The notes below the pieces were generated by a model, which did not search any database, was not told where the DNA came from, and worked only from the letters and a program-made list of their open reading frames with translations. Position numbers and translations under genes: made by a program. From Eledone cirrhosa (taxonomy: Eukaryota), in assembly GCA_964016885.1 (NCBI GenBank), contig OZ024741.1, forward strand, positions 86,304,001 to 86,368,000: DNA of 64,000 nt, written 5' to 3'. Shown in pieces: positions 63,582 through 64,000 of the stretch; within the stretch, counting starts at the first letter, position 1, and every line of letters begins with the position of its first letter.

Positions 63582-64000
63582 GTATGTATAAAATTACTCA
63601 TTACAATGCTACATCAGTAATTCTGTCTCTTTGTATTTTATTTTTCATAAAACCATATTGTTTTGTAAGTAATATTATATAGAAGCCACATGACCTTACA
63701 TATGCTCTTTGAATTGTTGCTTTGGTTAATTGATCAAATAATTTTATGCTTACTGTTCATATCACTTGATATTTTTTTCTTCAATAAACTGTGAAGGCTT
63801 AGTGGTTAGTGTATTTGGCTCACAATCGTAAAGTTGTGAGTTCAATTATAGGTGACACATCAGTCCTTGAGCAAATTGCTTTATTTCACGTTGCTCCAGT
63901 CTACTCAGCTGTCAAAATTATGTTGTACCTGTAATTAAGAGGGCTAGCCCTGTCATACACTGTCATGCTGAATTTCTTTGAGAGCTATGTTAAAGGTAAT

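Overview
AT-rich, repeat-dense animal genomic DNA. The (GAT)n-tailed RTE repeats and tRNA/CORE-type SINEs resemble those I associate with Octopus/cephalopod genomes, but this assignment is an inference. The only host gene is MED1 (Mediator subunit 1) on the + strand. I traced 13 GT-AG coding exons from 24566 to 63581 (1438 nt, about 479 codons); all phases join, and they encode the N-terminal Med1 domain. The gene runs off the right end, and its first coding exon is uncertain (candidate at 19823-19882). The introns are filled with mobile DNA: four copies of one Tx1/L1-clade LINE family, CR1, RTE, Ingi/Vingi-like, Dong/R4 and Penelope-like remnants, a Chapaev3 transposon, a Helitron, a mariner fragment, TTAA MITEs, SINEs and minisatellites. 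Three observations stand out. (1) A type I hammerhead ribozyme (55667-55720) sits in the loop of a long inverted repeat, inside a highly structured ~900-bp terminally redundant unit that looks retrozyme-like and is sense to MED1. (2) A pile of CR1, Tx1, Dong and Tx1 elements is built on (ATT)n tracts, with TSD evidence that the Tx1 family targets ATT repeats. (3) A candidate recursive splice site / RS-exon lies upstream of the first conserved MED1 exon. All calls were made by eye; no searches or folding programs were run.
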